A stretch of 64,000 bases of DNA from positions 1 through 64,000 of the IMG/VR virus record IMGVR_UViG_3300037657_000053, one strand, 5' to 3'. This document shows positions 48,891-58,111 of the stretch, piece by piece; position 1 is the first letter of the stretch, and each line of letters begins with the position of its first letter. The notes beneath the pieces are model-generated. The model saw only the letters and a list, made by a program, of their open reading frames with translations. It did no database searches and was not told the DNA's origin. Position numbers and translations under genes: made by a program. This DNA is from a virus.

Positions 48891-49051
48891 GCGATTTTCA
48901 AAAGAGGATCGTGAGGAATAGTTACAATCGGCTTGAATTGTTATTGAAAGCGGTTCGAGACAAGAATGAAAGAGCCCGCCTTCTCGAACAACTCAAAGAG
49001 GAACGAGCGATTGTCGATGCGAGCTTGAAAGTCGATGTTCCCTCAAATTGA
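48887..49051 (+). CDS. 54-aa hypothetical protein
   Basis: ATGA coupled to dnaB; fills the gap to the primase. Confidence 0.5.
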   Translation: MSDFQKRIVRNSYNRLELLLKAVRDKNERARLLEQLKEERAIVDASLKVDVPSN

Positions 49052-50018
49052 TATCGAGACTTTCCTTCGGAACCTCGGGCTCGTTGCCCGATACGTTCCT
49101 TCGGCGCGAAAGTGGATCGCGGCTTGTCCGAATCCGGCTCATCGGGGCGACACCCCGAAAGACAAATGGGAGCAATGGATATTTCGGCAAGGTGTGATCG
49201 CTTCGTGGTCGATCAACGATCGGCCGGGCGAGCGGGGGCACGGCTCGCACCATTGCCATAGCTGCAAGTTCGGCGGTGGCCCGTGGGAATTGGCGGCGAT
49301 GGTTTGGGGTTGCACTCTTGAGGAAGCCGGGAAGAAGATCGGCGAGTTCTTTCGTCGCCCGATGTCTCTCGAGGTTCCTCGGGTCACGATCCGAACCTCT
49401 CAAGAGAAGAAGGTCTTCGAGCTTCCTTCGGGGGTTGTGATCCCCGGGCCCGGGGGTCGGTGGTTCGGGCCTGCTCTTCGTTATCTCGAGAGCCGGGGGA
49501 TTACTCGTGAACAAGCCGACAGATGGGGGCTTGGCTACGCGGTAAAGGGGCGACTCGTGAATCGAGTCATTTTCCCCGTTTGGACGGAAGGCGAACTCAG
49601 AACCTACTCGGCTCGGGCGATCGCCCCTGGGATGAAGCGGTATGATGCCGGGCTCGAGAAGCTCGGGGCGCAACCGAAGCGGGCTCTCTTCGGTGAGCAT
49701 CTTTTCGACCGGTCGATCGGGATCGTCACGGTTGCGGAAGGTTGCCCCTCGACTCTCGCTCTCGAACGGGCCGGGGCTCCGAATCCGGCCGGTATGCTCG
49801 GGAGCTACCTCACCCCCGACCGAGCTCGAATGTTGTCGTCCTTCCCGGCCGTTCTCATCGCGACCGATCCCGACGCGGCCGGCGAGAAGGTCGCTCAATG
49901 GATAGACGTTCTTTCGCGGCGCGCGGAGGTCCGTCGGATTTCGCTCGAGCTCGCCCCCGACGATACGCCCCCGGCAGAGCTCTATCGTAAAGTGCAATCC
50001 GTTCTTGACACTTTGTAA
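49035..50018 (+). CDS. DnaG-like primase
   Basis: CP...H..CHSC zinc finger, YL.SRG, RVIFP, Toprim EG and DPD.AG. Confidence 0.85.
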   Translation: MFPQIDIETFLRNLGLVARYVPSARKWIAACPNPAHRGDTPKDKWEQWIFRQGVIASWSINDRPGERGHGSHHCHSCKFGGGPWELAAMVWGCTLEEAGKKIGEFFRRPMSLEVPRVTIRTSQEKKVFELPSGVVIPGPGGRWFGPALRYLESRGITREQADRWGLGYAVKGRLVNRVIFPVWTEGELRTYSARAIAPGMKRYDAGLEKLGAQPKRALFGEHLFDRSIGIVTVAEGCPSTLALERAGAPNPAGMLGSYLTPDRARMLSSFPAVLIATDPDAAGEKVAQWIDVLSRRAEVRRISLELAPDDTPPAELYRKVQSVLDTL

Positions 50019-50039
50019 GTTACGAGAGATTCTTTTTTC

Positions 50040-50480
50040 ATGAAAACTTTAGAAGAGCGGTTTTGGTCATATGTTGCGAAGGGGAACGAAGAAGAATGTT
50101 GGGAGTGGCGAGGGGCTTTGAAAAAAAACGGATATGGTGTGTTGACTGTAAATCATCGTCAAGTGTTGGTTCATCGTCTTTCTTATGAGTTACATAACGG
50201 CGATATTGGCGATTTGTGCGTATGTCATTCTTGCGACAATCCGAAATGTGTGAATCCGAATCATCTCTTTCTCGGCACTCATCAAGAGAATATGGACGAT
50301 AAGGTTGAAAAGGGTAGGGTTTCAAGGGGCGAAGATTTGCCTCAGACGAAGCTAACCGTTGAAGATGTTCTTTTTATTCGCGAATCGGCAGAATCACTTC
50401 GGGCTCTTTCAAAGCGATTTGGAGTTTCGTATCAGGCGATCTCGCTCATACGGAATCGAAAGACGTGGAATCATGTATGA
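50040..50480 (+). CDS. Free-standing HNH homing endonuclease
   Basis: CWEW, HRLSY, VCHSCDNPKCVNPNHL; C-terminal HTH; AT-richer than flanks. Confidence 0.9.
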   Translation: MKTLEERFWSYVAKGNEEECWEWRGALKKNGYGVLTVNHRQVLVHRLSYELHNGDIGDLCVCHSCDNPKCVNPNHLFLGTHQENMDDKVEKGRVSRGEDLPQTKLTVEDVLFIRESAESLRALSKRFGVSYQAISLIRNRKTWNHV

Positions 50481-50502
50481 TTTCCGCCCCATGCAACTTT
50501 TT

Positions 50503-50555
50503 TCAAAAAGCTCTTGACTCTTTGTGAGGGCACCCCGTATAACTGAATCATCGGG
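50503..50555 (+). promoter_or_regulatory. Sigma70-type early promoter, third member of the 83/1371 family
   Basis: AAAAAGCTC-TTGACT, 18-nt spacer, TATAAC-TGAATCATC. Confidence 0.7.
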
Positions 50556-50610
50556 TCGGCGATCGGCTCGAAGGGTCAAACCCTCAAGGCTCGGAACGAA
50601 AGGTGAAACC

Positions 50611-52632
50611 ATGTCAACTGTCCCCGCTACTGCTGAAGATCTTCTCGCCGGTCTCAATGCCGAGCAGAGAGAAGTCGTCGAGTTTTTCACAGGGGCCGCT
50701 CTCGTCGTCGCGGTTGCGGGTTCGGGCAAGACCCGCGCTCTCGTTCATCGGATCGCTTATCTGATTAGAGAGCGCAATGTGAATCCCGGCGAGATTCTTG
50801 CGGTCACCTTCTCGAAGAAGGCGGCCGAAGAGATGAACGAGCGGCTCCGGTCGCTCGGGGTCTACGATTGCCGAGTTGGAACGTGGCATTCGTTGTGCTG
50901 GGAGATCATTCGGAAAGAATGCCCGGAGTATCAAACTGAATGGGAGCTCGACACGAAGGATCGATTCCGCGTCGTCGTCAAGACCGCTATCGGTTGGCAG
51001 GGGATGAAGTGGCAGGGTGCCGATCTGCAAACGATTCTTTCCTTCATCGGGATTTGTAAGAGTCGGCTCGCCGAACCGGGAACCCCCGAAGCCTTCGCGA
51101 TCGCTCAAGAGCTCTTCGACTCGAACCCGTGCGGGAAGAACGATCCGCACCTTCTGAGCGAAGCCTATTTCAGATCTCAAGAGGGGGCCGAGCAACGTCG
51201 GATCTTGACCTTCGACGATATGCTCGTGATCGCCTATCGCCTTCTGTGCGACGAAGATGTGAGGCTTCGTTGGTCCGGTCGCTTCAATTTCATGCTTCAA
51301 GACGAGGCGCAAGACGAGAACATGGCTCAGGTCGCGATTGCTGAGAAGCTCGCTCGCGATCACGGGAACTATATGTGCGTTGGCGATCCGGCTCAGTCGA
51401 TCTATGGGTTCCGTGGTTCCGTTCCCTCGAAGCTTCTCGCCTTCGAGATCGAATGGAACGCTCGCGTGATCCGAATGAGTAAAAATTACCGTTCGGTGGA
51501 CGCGATTCTCGGCGCGGCGAATGGGGTGATCCGGGCGATGGACCCGACGACTCATCTCGGGGTCATGATGGAGGGCTGTAGGGGCGACACGACTGAGATC
51601 AACGTGATCGAGCTCGAAGATATGGACGAAGAGGGGCGGGCGATTGTTGACGAAATGAAGGCTCGTCATGAGTCGGGCGCCGAGTGGTGCGATATGGCCG
51701 TTCTCTATCGCACGAACGCACAATCTCGTGGTCCGGAAGAATTTCTCATTGCTAACCGCGTTCCCTATGTGGTGATCGGCGGGACGAATTTCTACAACCG
51801 GAAAGAGGTCAAAGACCTTCTTTCTTATCTTCGCGTCGCGGCCGACCGTGCGAATGAAGCCGACTTCAAGCGGTGCATCAATACTCCCTTCAGATATCTC
51901 GGGAAAGCCACCGTCGATCATTTCGTTGGGGATCGTCGTCCCCGCGAGAATTGGACGGCTTCGGTTCGCCGCGTCGCCGATTCGGGTCGTGGGATTCAGT
52001 ACCGACAGAAGACGGCCGCCTATGAGTGGGCCGGTCTCATTGACTCGATCGCTCAGTCGATGATGATCCGTGAAAAGGCGCGTCTCGACTTCGAGACCCG
52101 TCTCATTCTCGAAGACTCCGAACCCGATGCGGTTCGCCCACGCATCCGAGATCACCTTCCCGCCGCGATTCTTGAGAGGGTGATCAAAGAGACTGACTTC
52201 GTGAAGTATCTCACTCGAGACGAGGGCGCCGAGACGGTCGAGAATAACCGCGTGAGTAACGTTCGCGAGCTCGTGCGGGCCGCCGAACGGTTCACGACGG
52301 TACATGAGCTTCTCGACTATATCGACGAGACCGTTCGGGCGGCAGAAGAGGCGTCGAAGGATCACGACGCGAACCGCGTAACGCTCTGCTCGCTTCATAG
52401 GTCGAAGGGTCTCGAGTGGAAGTCGGTTTGGATCGTCGGTGCGAACGAGAAGATTCTGCCTCACGGTCGCGCGACTGATATCGAGGAAGAGCGCCGCCTT
52501 TTTTATGTTGGCGTGACTCGCGCTATGAATGAACTTACCATCTCTCGGGTAAGAATTGCGGCATTCGGTGCGCGAGTGATCGGGCTCGAACCGTCTCGCT
52601 TCCTTGCCGAAGCCGGTCTCGAGGTGCTTTAG
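50611..52632 (+). CDS. UvrD/PcrA-like SF1 helicase
   Basis: LN.EQ, AGSGKT, DEAQD, GD..QSIYGFRG, NYRS, LYRTNAQS, H.SKGLE, EERRLFYV..TRA. Confidence 0.95.
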   Translation: MSTVPATAEDLLAGLNAEQREVVEFFTGAALVVAVAGSGKTRALVHRIAYLIRERNVNPGEILAVTFSKKAAEEMNERLRSLGVYDCRVGTWHSLCWEIIRKECPEYQTEWELDTKDRFRVVVKTAIGWQGMKWQGADLQTILSFIGICKSRLAEPGTPEAFAIAQELFDSNPCGKNDPHLLSEAYFRSQEGAEQRRILTFDDMLVIAYRLLCDEDVRLRWSGRFNFMLQDEAQDENMAQVAIAEKLARDHGNYMCVGDPAQSIYGFRGSVPSKLLAFEIEWNARVIRMSKNYRSVDAILGAANGVIRAMDPTTHLGVMMEGCRGDTTEINVIELEDMDEEGRAIVDEMKARHESGAEWCDMAVLYRTNAQSRGPEEFLIANRVPYVVIGGTNFYNRKEVKDLLSYLRVAADRANEADFKRCINTPFRYLGKATVDHFVGDRRPRENWTASVRRVADSGRGIQYRQKTAAYEWAGLIDSIAQSMMIREKARLDFETRLILEDSEPDAVRPRIRDHLPAAILERVIKETDFVKYLTRDEGAETVENNRVSNVRELVRAAERFTTVHELLDYIDETVRAAEEASKDHDANRVTLCSLHRSKGLEWKSVWIVGANEKILPHGRATDIEEERRLFYVGVTRAMNELTISRVRIAAFGARVIGLEPSRFLAEAGLEVL

Positions 52633-53228
52633 TGGGTCGCTTTGAATCCGACCTTCTCGGGCTCCGTTCTGGTGAGCTCTCTTTCGAGATCTTCACCAGG
52701 CGGAACCGGGAACGGTTCGCGAAGTGGGCATCCTATTTCATTGACCGTTACCGTCCACATGGGCTCGATATCGACGATCTCGTTCAAGACGGGTTGATCG
52801 AGGCATGGCGAGCCGTCGACGGTTGGGAAGAAAGACTCGGAGTTTCGATTCAACGCCGAGTCGAATACAAGGTCGGTGAGCGTATGGATCGAGAGGTGAA
52901 GCGAGCTCTCGGGTGGCCGCGACGCGACCGAGACAAGCCGGCTCAACAAGTTTTCGCTCCTATGGCGATCGAATGTGCTGTTTCGTCAGCGATAGGAGTC
53001 GAGAAGAGGATCGAGCTCGCCGCCGTCGTTTCAACGCTTTCGTGTCCTCTTGAACGCGACGTAACGATCGGGATTGGGATGGGGGCTTCGATTCGGGCGG
53101 TTGCTGCGTATCTCTATTCTGACCCCAGAAAACGACTGTGGTACGAATTCGATTCGGGAGATCATGCCGTTCGATGCGTTCGGGCGGCCGTCAAAAAGGT
53201 AACGAAAACGTTGGAGAAAGCACCATAG
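52632..53228 (+). CDS. Sigma70-family-like factor
   Basis: Region-2-like DIDDLVQDGLIEAWRAV; coupled to the UvrD gene. Confidence 0.65.
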   Translation: MGRFESDLLGLRSGELSFEIFTRRNRERFAKWASYFIDRYRPHGLDIDDLVQDGLIEAWRAVDGWEERLGVSIQRRVEYKVGERMDREVKRALGWPRRDRDKPAQQVFAPMAIECAVSSAIGVEKRIELAAVVSTLSCPLERDVTIGIGMGASIRAVAAYLYSDPRKRLWYEFDSGDHAVRCVRAAVKKVTKTLEKAP

Positions 53229-53359
53229 GCCGATCGATCTGGTTTGGAAACCCGGGTTTCCAAGAAGAAAAAAGTTGACGGTCTCATAAAAAAGTTGAAA
53301 GCTAGTCCGATAATCATAAGGAAGCCGAAAGGGCGAAAGCCCGGGGAGAGAGAAAAAAA

Positions 53360-54700
53360 ATGCCTCTGAAGAATGAAGACGTCGAAATCAACGCCGATGC
53401 GATCATGTCGGTCGCCGGAACCCTCGAGATCGAGCTTTCGAGCAACGATCCCGACACCATCGTCGACGAGATGAGGGCGGCCTTTGCCATTCGTCTCGAG
53501 GGGATTCCAGAGGATCAATGGGTCAAGTGCGAAGTGTGCGGCGAGGTGACGGACAACGATCCTCGGATCACCTTCTGTCCCTTCTGCGGCGATGAGGGCG
53601 AAGAGGAGCTCGAGGTGGAGGGCGAGGAAGACGAGGAAGATGAGGGAGACGAAGTGATCGACGGTGCCGATTACGATGATTCCCCCGACCCCGAGGAAGC
53701 TCCGACCGTGGATCTCGACGCCGATGATCCGATCCAGGTCGAGATTCCCGAGGCGCCCACCGAGAAGGCGTCTTCCGAGCCCGAGAAGGCCACGAGTGGT
53801 GGCAAGGGTGGCAAGGGTGGCAAGGGTGGCAAGGGTGGCAAGGGTGGCAAGGCCACGGCGAAGGGCAAGAACGAACTCCCTGCCGACAAGCCTCCGACGA
53901 AGCAGGGTGCTCCTGCGAAGAAGCGGGGTGCTCCGAAGAAGGACGCTGAGAACGAGACGGCGATCATCCCTGACGAGAAGCGGGCCGAAATGCTCGCCGA
54001 GCTCACGACCGAGAAAAAGAAGATCGAGGAGGGGCAAAAGTCGATGCTCACCTCGGGCTATGATCTCGGCGAGAGCTTGCGACGGGTATATACGGGAGAA
54101 CTCTGGAGAGCGGAGGGCCATAAGGACTGGCGGGTTTTCTGCGCGTCGATCGGGATCTCCCATACGCTCGCCTACAACCTCATGAAGATTGTCGATCAAT
54201 TCTCGAGAGACGACTTCATGAAGGTCGGACAGAAGAAGCTTTCGCTCATCGCTCGAGCCGAGCCCGAGGATCAGCCGGCTCTGCTCGAAGAGGCGAAGAA
54301 GGGGAAGTCTGCTCGACAGATCGACGCCGAGGTGAAGGCGGGCAAGGGCAAGGGCAAGGGCAAGGGCAAGGGCAAGGGCAAGGGTGAGGCGCCGAATCCG
54401 AAGGGAGTCGAGGGCGGTAGCGTCGGACGCCCGAAGATCGAGGATCAGACGATCACTCTTCTCGGCAAGGTCGGAGGCAAGGCGAAGACCTATGCTTTCC
54501 GGTCGCGGAAGGATTCTTCGGAAGTGGCCGAGTGGGCCCCCGACACCTACGTCGAGATCCCGATTTCCGAGACGGTCGTTCAATATATCGTGTTGAAGAC
54601 CGACAAGACCGGAAAGCCGGTCGGGCTAACGACCGCATTCCGCAAGGTCGAGCCGGGCGAGAAGTCGACCGAGAACCCCGCCGAAGATTCCGTCGAGTAG
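53360..54700 (+). CDS. Zinc-ribbon, acidic, Gly-Lys-repeat protein with HTH-like segment
   Basis: CEVC..CPFC; (GGK)6; IGISHTLAYNLMKI; (GK)7. Confidence 0.7.
   Translation: MPLKNEDVEINADAIMSVAGTLEIELSSNDPDTIVDEMRAAFAIRLEGIPEDQWVKCEVCGEVTDNDPRITFCPFCGDEGEEELEVEGEEDEEDEGDEVIDGADYDDSPDPEEAPTVDLDADDPIQVEIPEAPTEKASSEPEKATSGGKGGKGGKGGKGGKGGKATAKGKNELPADKPPTKQGAPAKKRGAPKKDAENETAIIPDEKRAEMLAELTTEKKKIEEGQKSMLTSGYDLGESLRRVYTGELWRAEGHKDWRVFCASIGISHTLAYNLMKIVDQFSRDDFMKVGQKKLSLIARAEPEDQPALLEEAKKGKSARQIDAEVKAGKGKGKGKGKGKGKGEAPNPKGVEGGSVGRPKIEDQTITLLGKVGGKAKTYAFRSRKDSSEVAEWAPDTYVEIPISETVVQYIVLKTDKTGKPVGLTTAFRKVEPGEKSTENPAEDSVE
53798..53851 (+). repeat. Tandem repeat (GGTGGCAAG)x6
   Basis: Read directly; encodes (GGK)6. 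Confidence 0.9.
54341..54382 (+). repeat. Tandem repeat (GGCAAG)x7
   Basis: Read directly; encodes (GK)7. Confidence 0.9.
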
Positions 54701-54777
54701 TCTCTTCTCTTCTCTTCACTTCTCTTCTGAAATCTTCACACTTTGACCGATAATCAAAGGGAACGAAAGGTTTTCCT

Positions 54778-57465
54778 TTGACGACTAAATTCGTTTCCGC
54801 TTGGACGGAAAAAAACAAGACATATCTCGTTGAAAGAATCAATGAAGACACTGTGAAGATTCGAGCGGTTCCCGCTCGCTTCTCGTTCTTCGTGACAGGT
54901 CTCGACGAATATGATCGGATGGCTCTCGGGCGTGATCCGGGGGTGATCGGCGTGATCGATCAAGGTCGATACACTCGGGTCAATTGTCGAAATCATTGGA
55001 CGAGGAAGGAACTTGTAGAAGTTCTCGAAGAAGCGATTGTTCGGAACGAGTCGGGGGCGAAGATTCTCGAGGCCGACGTGTCACCTCTTCGACGGCTCTT
55101 GAGCGATGTTCCGAATCTCGAGATCGATCCCGAACCGAATGTTGTTTTCCTCGATCTTGAGACTGACTCGCGGGCGACATTTTCCGAAGCGACACGGGGC
55201 GAAGCTCGTCTTCTCTCGTTCGCGGTTTGTGACGCGGCCGGGCGGGCTTCCTCGGGCCTTCTCGCTGCCGATACTGACGAAGCCGAGCGTTCCCTTTGGG
55301 GCGAGTTTTTCGATGTTCTGAGGGGCTATGACTGCGTTCTCGCGTGGTATGGATCGGGCTTCGATTTTCTCGTGATACAGAATCGATCCGTTCGGCTTGG
55401 AGTGACTCTCAACGGCCGAGAGATTCAATGGCACAGATGGACGTGGTTGGATCATCTTGAGCTCTTCATGAAATATAACAAGCTCGGAACGGGAGAGGAA
55501 AAGACTTCATACGCTCTCGATCACGTCGCGCAATATCTACTTGGTGAAGGGAAGGGGAAGCTCGCCTTCGATAGCTCGAAGACATGGGAAGCTTGGGCGG
55601 CGGGCGGCGAGGAACGCGAGAGACTTCTTCGATACAATGAGCAGGATGCCGCTCTTCTTCCGAGAATCGAAGAGAAGACCGGCTTCCTCGCTCTTCACTT
55701 GGCGGTCTGTCAGATTTGCCGAGTTTTTCCAGATACCGAATCGCTCAATGCGACTATTCAGGGCGACGGATTTCTTTTACGACTAGGGGAGGAACACGGC
55801 ATTCGTTGGCCGACTAAGAAGCCGGTCGACGATGAAGCGGTTTATGAGAAATTCAAGGGCGCTTATGTAATGGAACCCGGGCGTTATGGTGCGATTCCGA
55901 CCGTTCATGTTGCTGATTTCGCCGGTCTATATCCATCGATCATGCGAACGTGGAATATGAGTCTTGAGACGAAGGTGAATCTTCGGGGTGTTTATGACGA
56001 CATTCCCGAAGATGTAGAACTCGAACCCCGAGTCAAATCGGGTTTGTGCCAACTCCCGAACCGGGCGACGTGGTTCAAGACGACCGAAGAGGGGATGTTC
56101 AAGATTGCTCTCGATCGATTGGTTTACAAGAGGGCCGAGTATACGGCTCTTATGAAGAAGGAAACCCCCGGCTCGAAACAACACGAGAAGTTCAAGCGTC
56201 TCTCGCAAGCTTTCAAGACGGTCGCGAATAGTTTCTATGGGATCGTCGGCTCGCCGTTCTCGAGGTTCTTCGACGTCGAGATCGCGGAAGGTGTCACTCA
56301 AACCGGGAAGTGGCTTCTTCAAAACGTGATTCGCGAGTCACAAGCGGTCGGCTTCGATCCATTCTATGGTGACACCGATTCGGTGTTCGTTGCCGGCTGC
56401 ACGCCCGAAGAGTTTCGAGCTCTCGTTGATGCTCTCAACGAGTCATGGTCGAAGCGGCTCGAACCGTGGGGGATCGGTAGTCACTTCATCGATCTCGACT
56501 TCGAGAAGACTTTCTCTCGAATTATCATGATCACGGCGAAGCGATATGTCGGGAAGTTCCTCATGTACAAGGGCAAGGCGGCCCCCGACGACGCGCCCCC
56601 CGAGGTGAAGGGACTGGAATTCAACCGGGGCGATTCGATCCGTCTTGCCCGGGATTTCCAACGTCAAGTGATTGATCGGTTACTTGAAAGGGACTTGCCT
56701 TCGGCGGCCGATATGCGAGATCTCGTTCTCGATTGGAAGAACCGAGTCTATCGGGGTGAGCTCTCGCTTGAAGATGTTGTGATGAGTCAATCTCTCTCGA
56801 AGTCTCTTAGAGAATACTCTGTGCAGAGCGCGCCGCCTCATGTGCGGGTTGCTCGTCTCATGGTCGAGAGAGGGGAACAGATCGGCGAAGGGGCTCGAGT
56901 TCGATTTCTCGTGATTCCCGGCGATGGCTCAAAGCTCAATCCAATTCCGGCTTCTGATCCAGGCGCTCTCGAGAGGATCGATCGGATCTATTATTGGGGG
57001 AGGAAGGTCTATCCGCCCGTTCAACGTGTTCTGGAGAAGGTCTATCCGAAAGAGCAGTGGGCCGAGACGACCAAAGAGAAAAGAAGCCGCGAATTTGAAG
57101 CCAAGGGTCAAGGCACTCTCTTTGATACGATAGGGAGCCATTCCACCGTGACACCACGAAGGAGGAAGAAGAGGCGAGTCGATGGGCTCGAGATCACGAT
57201 TGTTGAAGGATCGCCTTTTACAGATGGGGGCGCCGAGAAGGTTCGTCGAGAGCGTCTTCTCAAGGCGATTCACACGGCGATCGATGCGAACCCCGGTGAG
57301 GTTCCTGTGACCGTCGTTGTCGCGTTCAAGAGCTATACCGAAGGCAAGGAAGAGACGGTGAAGGTTTACATCGACACGAAGACGACGATCGCCGATACAC
57401 CCGCGAGTCGGGCCGCTCTCATGAGAATTCTCTCGAAGCCCGATCGGTTCGAGTTTTTGTCATAG
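54778..57465 (+). CDS. Family B DNA polymerase
   Basis: Exonuclease DLETD; DFAGLYPSI, K...NSFYG, YGDTDS, KRY, KGLE. Confidence 0.95.
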   Translation: MTTKFVSAWTEKNKTYLVERINEDTVKIRAVPARFSFFVTGLDEYDRMALGRDPGVIGVIDQGRYTRVNCRNHWTRKELVEVLEEAIVRNESGAKILEADVSPLRRLLSDVPNLEIDPEPNVVFLDLETDSRATFSEATRGEARLLSFAVCDAAGRASSGLLAADTDEAERSLWGEFFDVLRGYDCVLAWYGSGFDFLVIQNRSVRLGVTLNGREIQWHRWTWLDHLELFMKYNKLGTGEEKTSYALDHVAQYLLGEGKGKLAFDSSKTWEAWAAGGEERERLLRYNEQDAALLPRIEEKTGFLALHLAVCQICRVFPDTESLNATIQGDGFLLRLGEEHGIRWPTKKPVDDEAVYEKFKGAYVMEPGRYGAIPTVHVADFAGLYPSIMRTWNMSLETKVNLRGVYDDIPEDVELEPRVKSGLCQLPNRATWFKTTEEGMFKIALDRLVYKRAEYTALMKKETPGSKQHEKFKRLSQAFKTVANSFYGIVGSPFSRFFDVEIAEGVTQTGKWLLQNVIRESQAVGFDPFYGDTDSVFVAGCTPEEFRALVDALNESWSKRLEPWGIGSHFIDLDFEKTFSRIIMITAKRYVGKFLMYKGKAAPDDAPPEVKGLEFNRGDSIRLARDFQRQVIDRLLERDLPSAADMRDLVLDWKNRVYRGELSLEDVVMSQSLSKSLREYSVQSAPPHVRVARLMVERGEQIGEGARVRFLVIPGDGSKLNPIPASDPGALERIDRIYYWGRKVYPPVQRVLEKVYPKEQWAETTKEKRSREFEAKGQGTLFDTIGSHSTVTPRRRKKRRVDGLEITIVEGSPFTDGGAEKVRRERLLKAIHTAIDANPGEVPVTVVVAFKSYTEGKEETVKVYIDTKTTIADTPASRAALMRILSKPDRFEFLS

Positions 57466-57510
57466 AAATGTGTTCGTCCGTCCGATAATCGAGACAAGGG
57501 AGAAAAGTTC

Positions 57511-58107
57511 ATGGCAACGAGACGCAAAATCGGTTCCGGTGAAGAGAAGGACGTGCTCGAGACGAAGCCGTTTCAGGGTTCAAGCGAGCAGGACAATAAC
57601 TCGGTTTCCTACGCTGAACCGGGGATCGCTTGGGGCAATGTGATTCGAGACGTTCTCAGGATCGATAATCCGGCTTGGCTCGCGAAGCGATTGCGAGGCG
57701 AGCTTACGTTGAGCGACGAGGGGCGTTCTTCCTACGGCTCCCTTCTCGCTGCTCTCGACAGGTCGGCGAGGAATTACGACGACGCTTACATGCTCTATCG
57801 CGGGGCGAAGGTCGAGGAATCTCGATTCGCTCTCGAGCTCCGAGAGCGATTCGAGGTCATGAAGGAACACGCATCGTCTGAGTTGATGGACGAATACAAG
57901 GAGAAGAAGCGGCGGTCTCCGACGACCGAGGACATAGAAGATCGAATGATGTCGAGTTGGCCCGATGAATACAGGCACCTCAGAACAAAGGAAGCCGAAC
58001 TCCATGCGGCGGTGAGAAGTTTGGAAACGCTTGCGAAGGCGTGGTCGTCCAGGTGCGCCGATCTTCGAGCAATGGCCGATATGTTCACGGCCAGAAAGAA
58101 CGGGTGA
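57511..58107 (+). CDS. Helical protein, possible UvsY-like recombination mediator
   Basis: Coiled coil; position near RecA and SSB-like genes (inference). Confidence 0.5.
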   Translation: MATRRKIGSGEEKDVLETKPFQGSSEQDNNSVSYAEPGIAWGNVIRDVLRIDNPAWLAKRLRGELTLSDEGRSSYGSLLAALDRSARNYDDAYMLYRGAKVEESRFALELRERFEVMKEHASSELMDEYKEKKRRSPTTEDIEDRMMSSWPDEYRHLRTKEAELHAAVRSLETLAKAWSSRCADLRAMADMFTARKNG

Positions 58108-58111
58108 AGAC

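Noticed and set aside
50614-52464. Long antisense ORFs (also 4602-5888, 9963-11381, 13176-14651, 53162-54583)
   Set aside because: Shadows of well-supported + strand genes in GC-rich DNA, with no recognisable motifs
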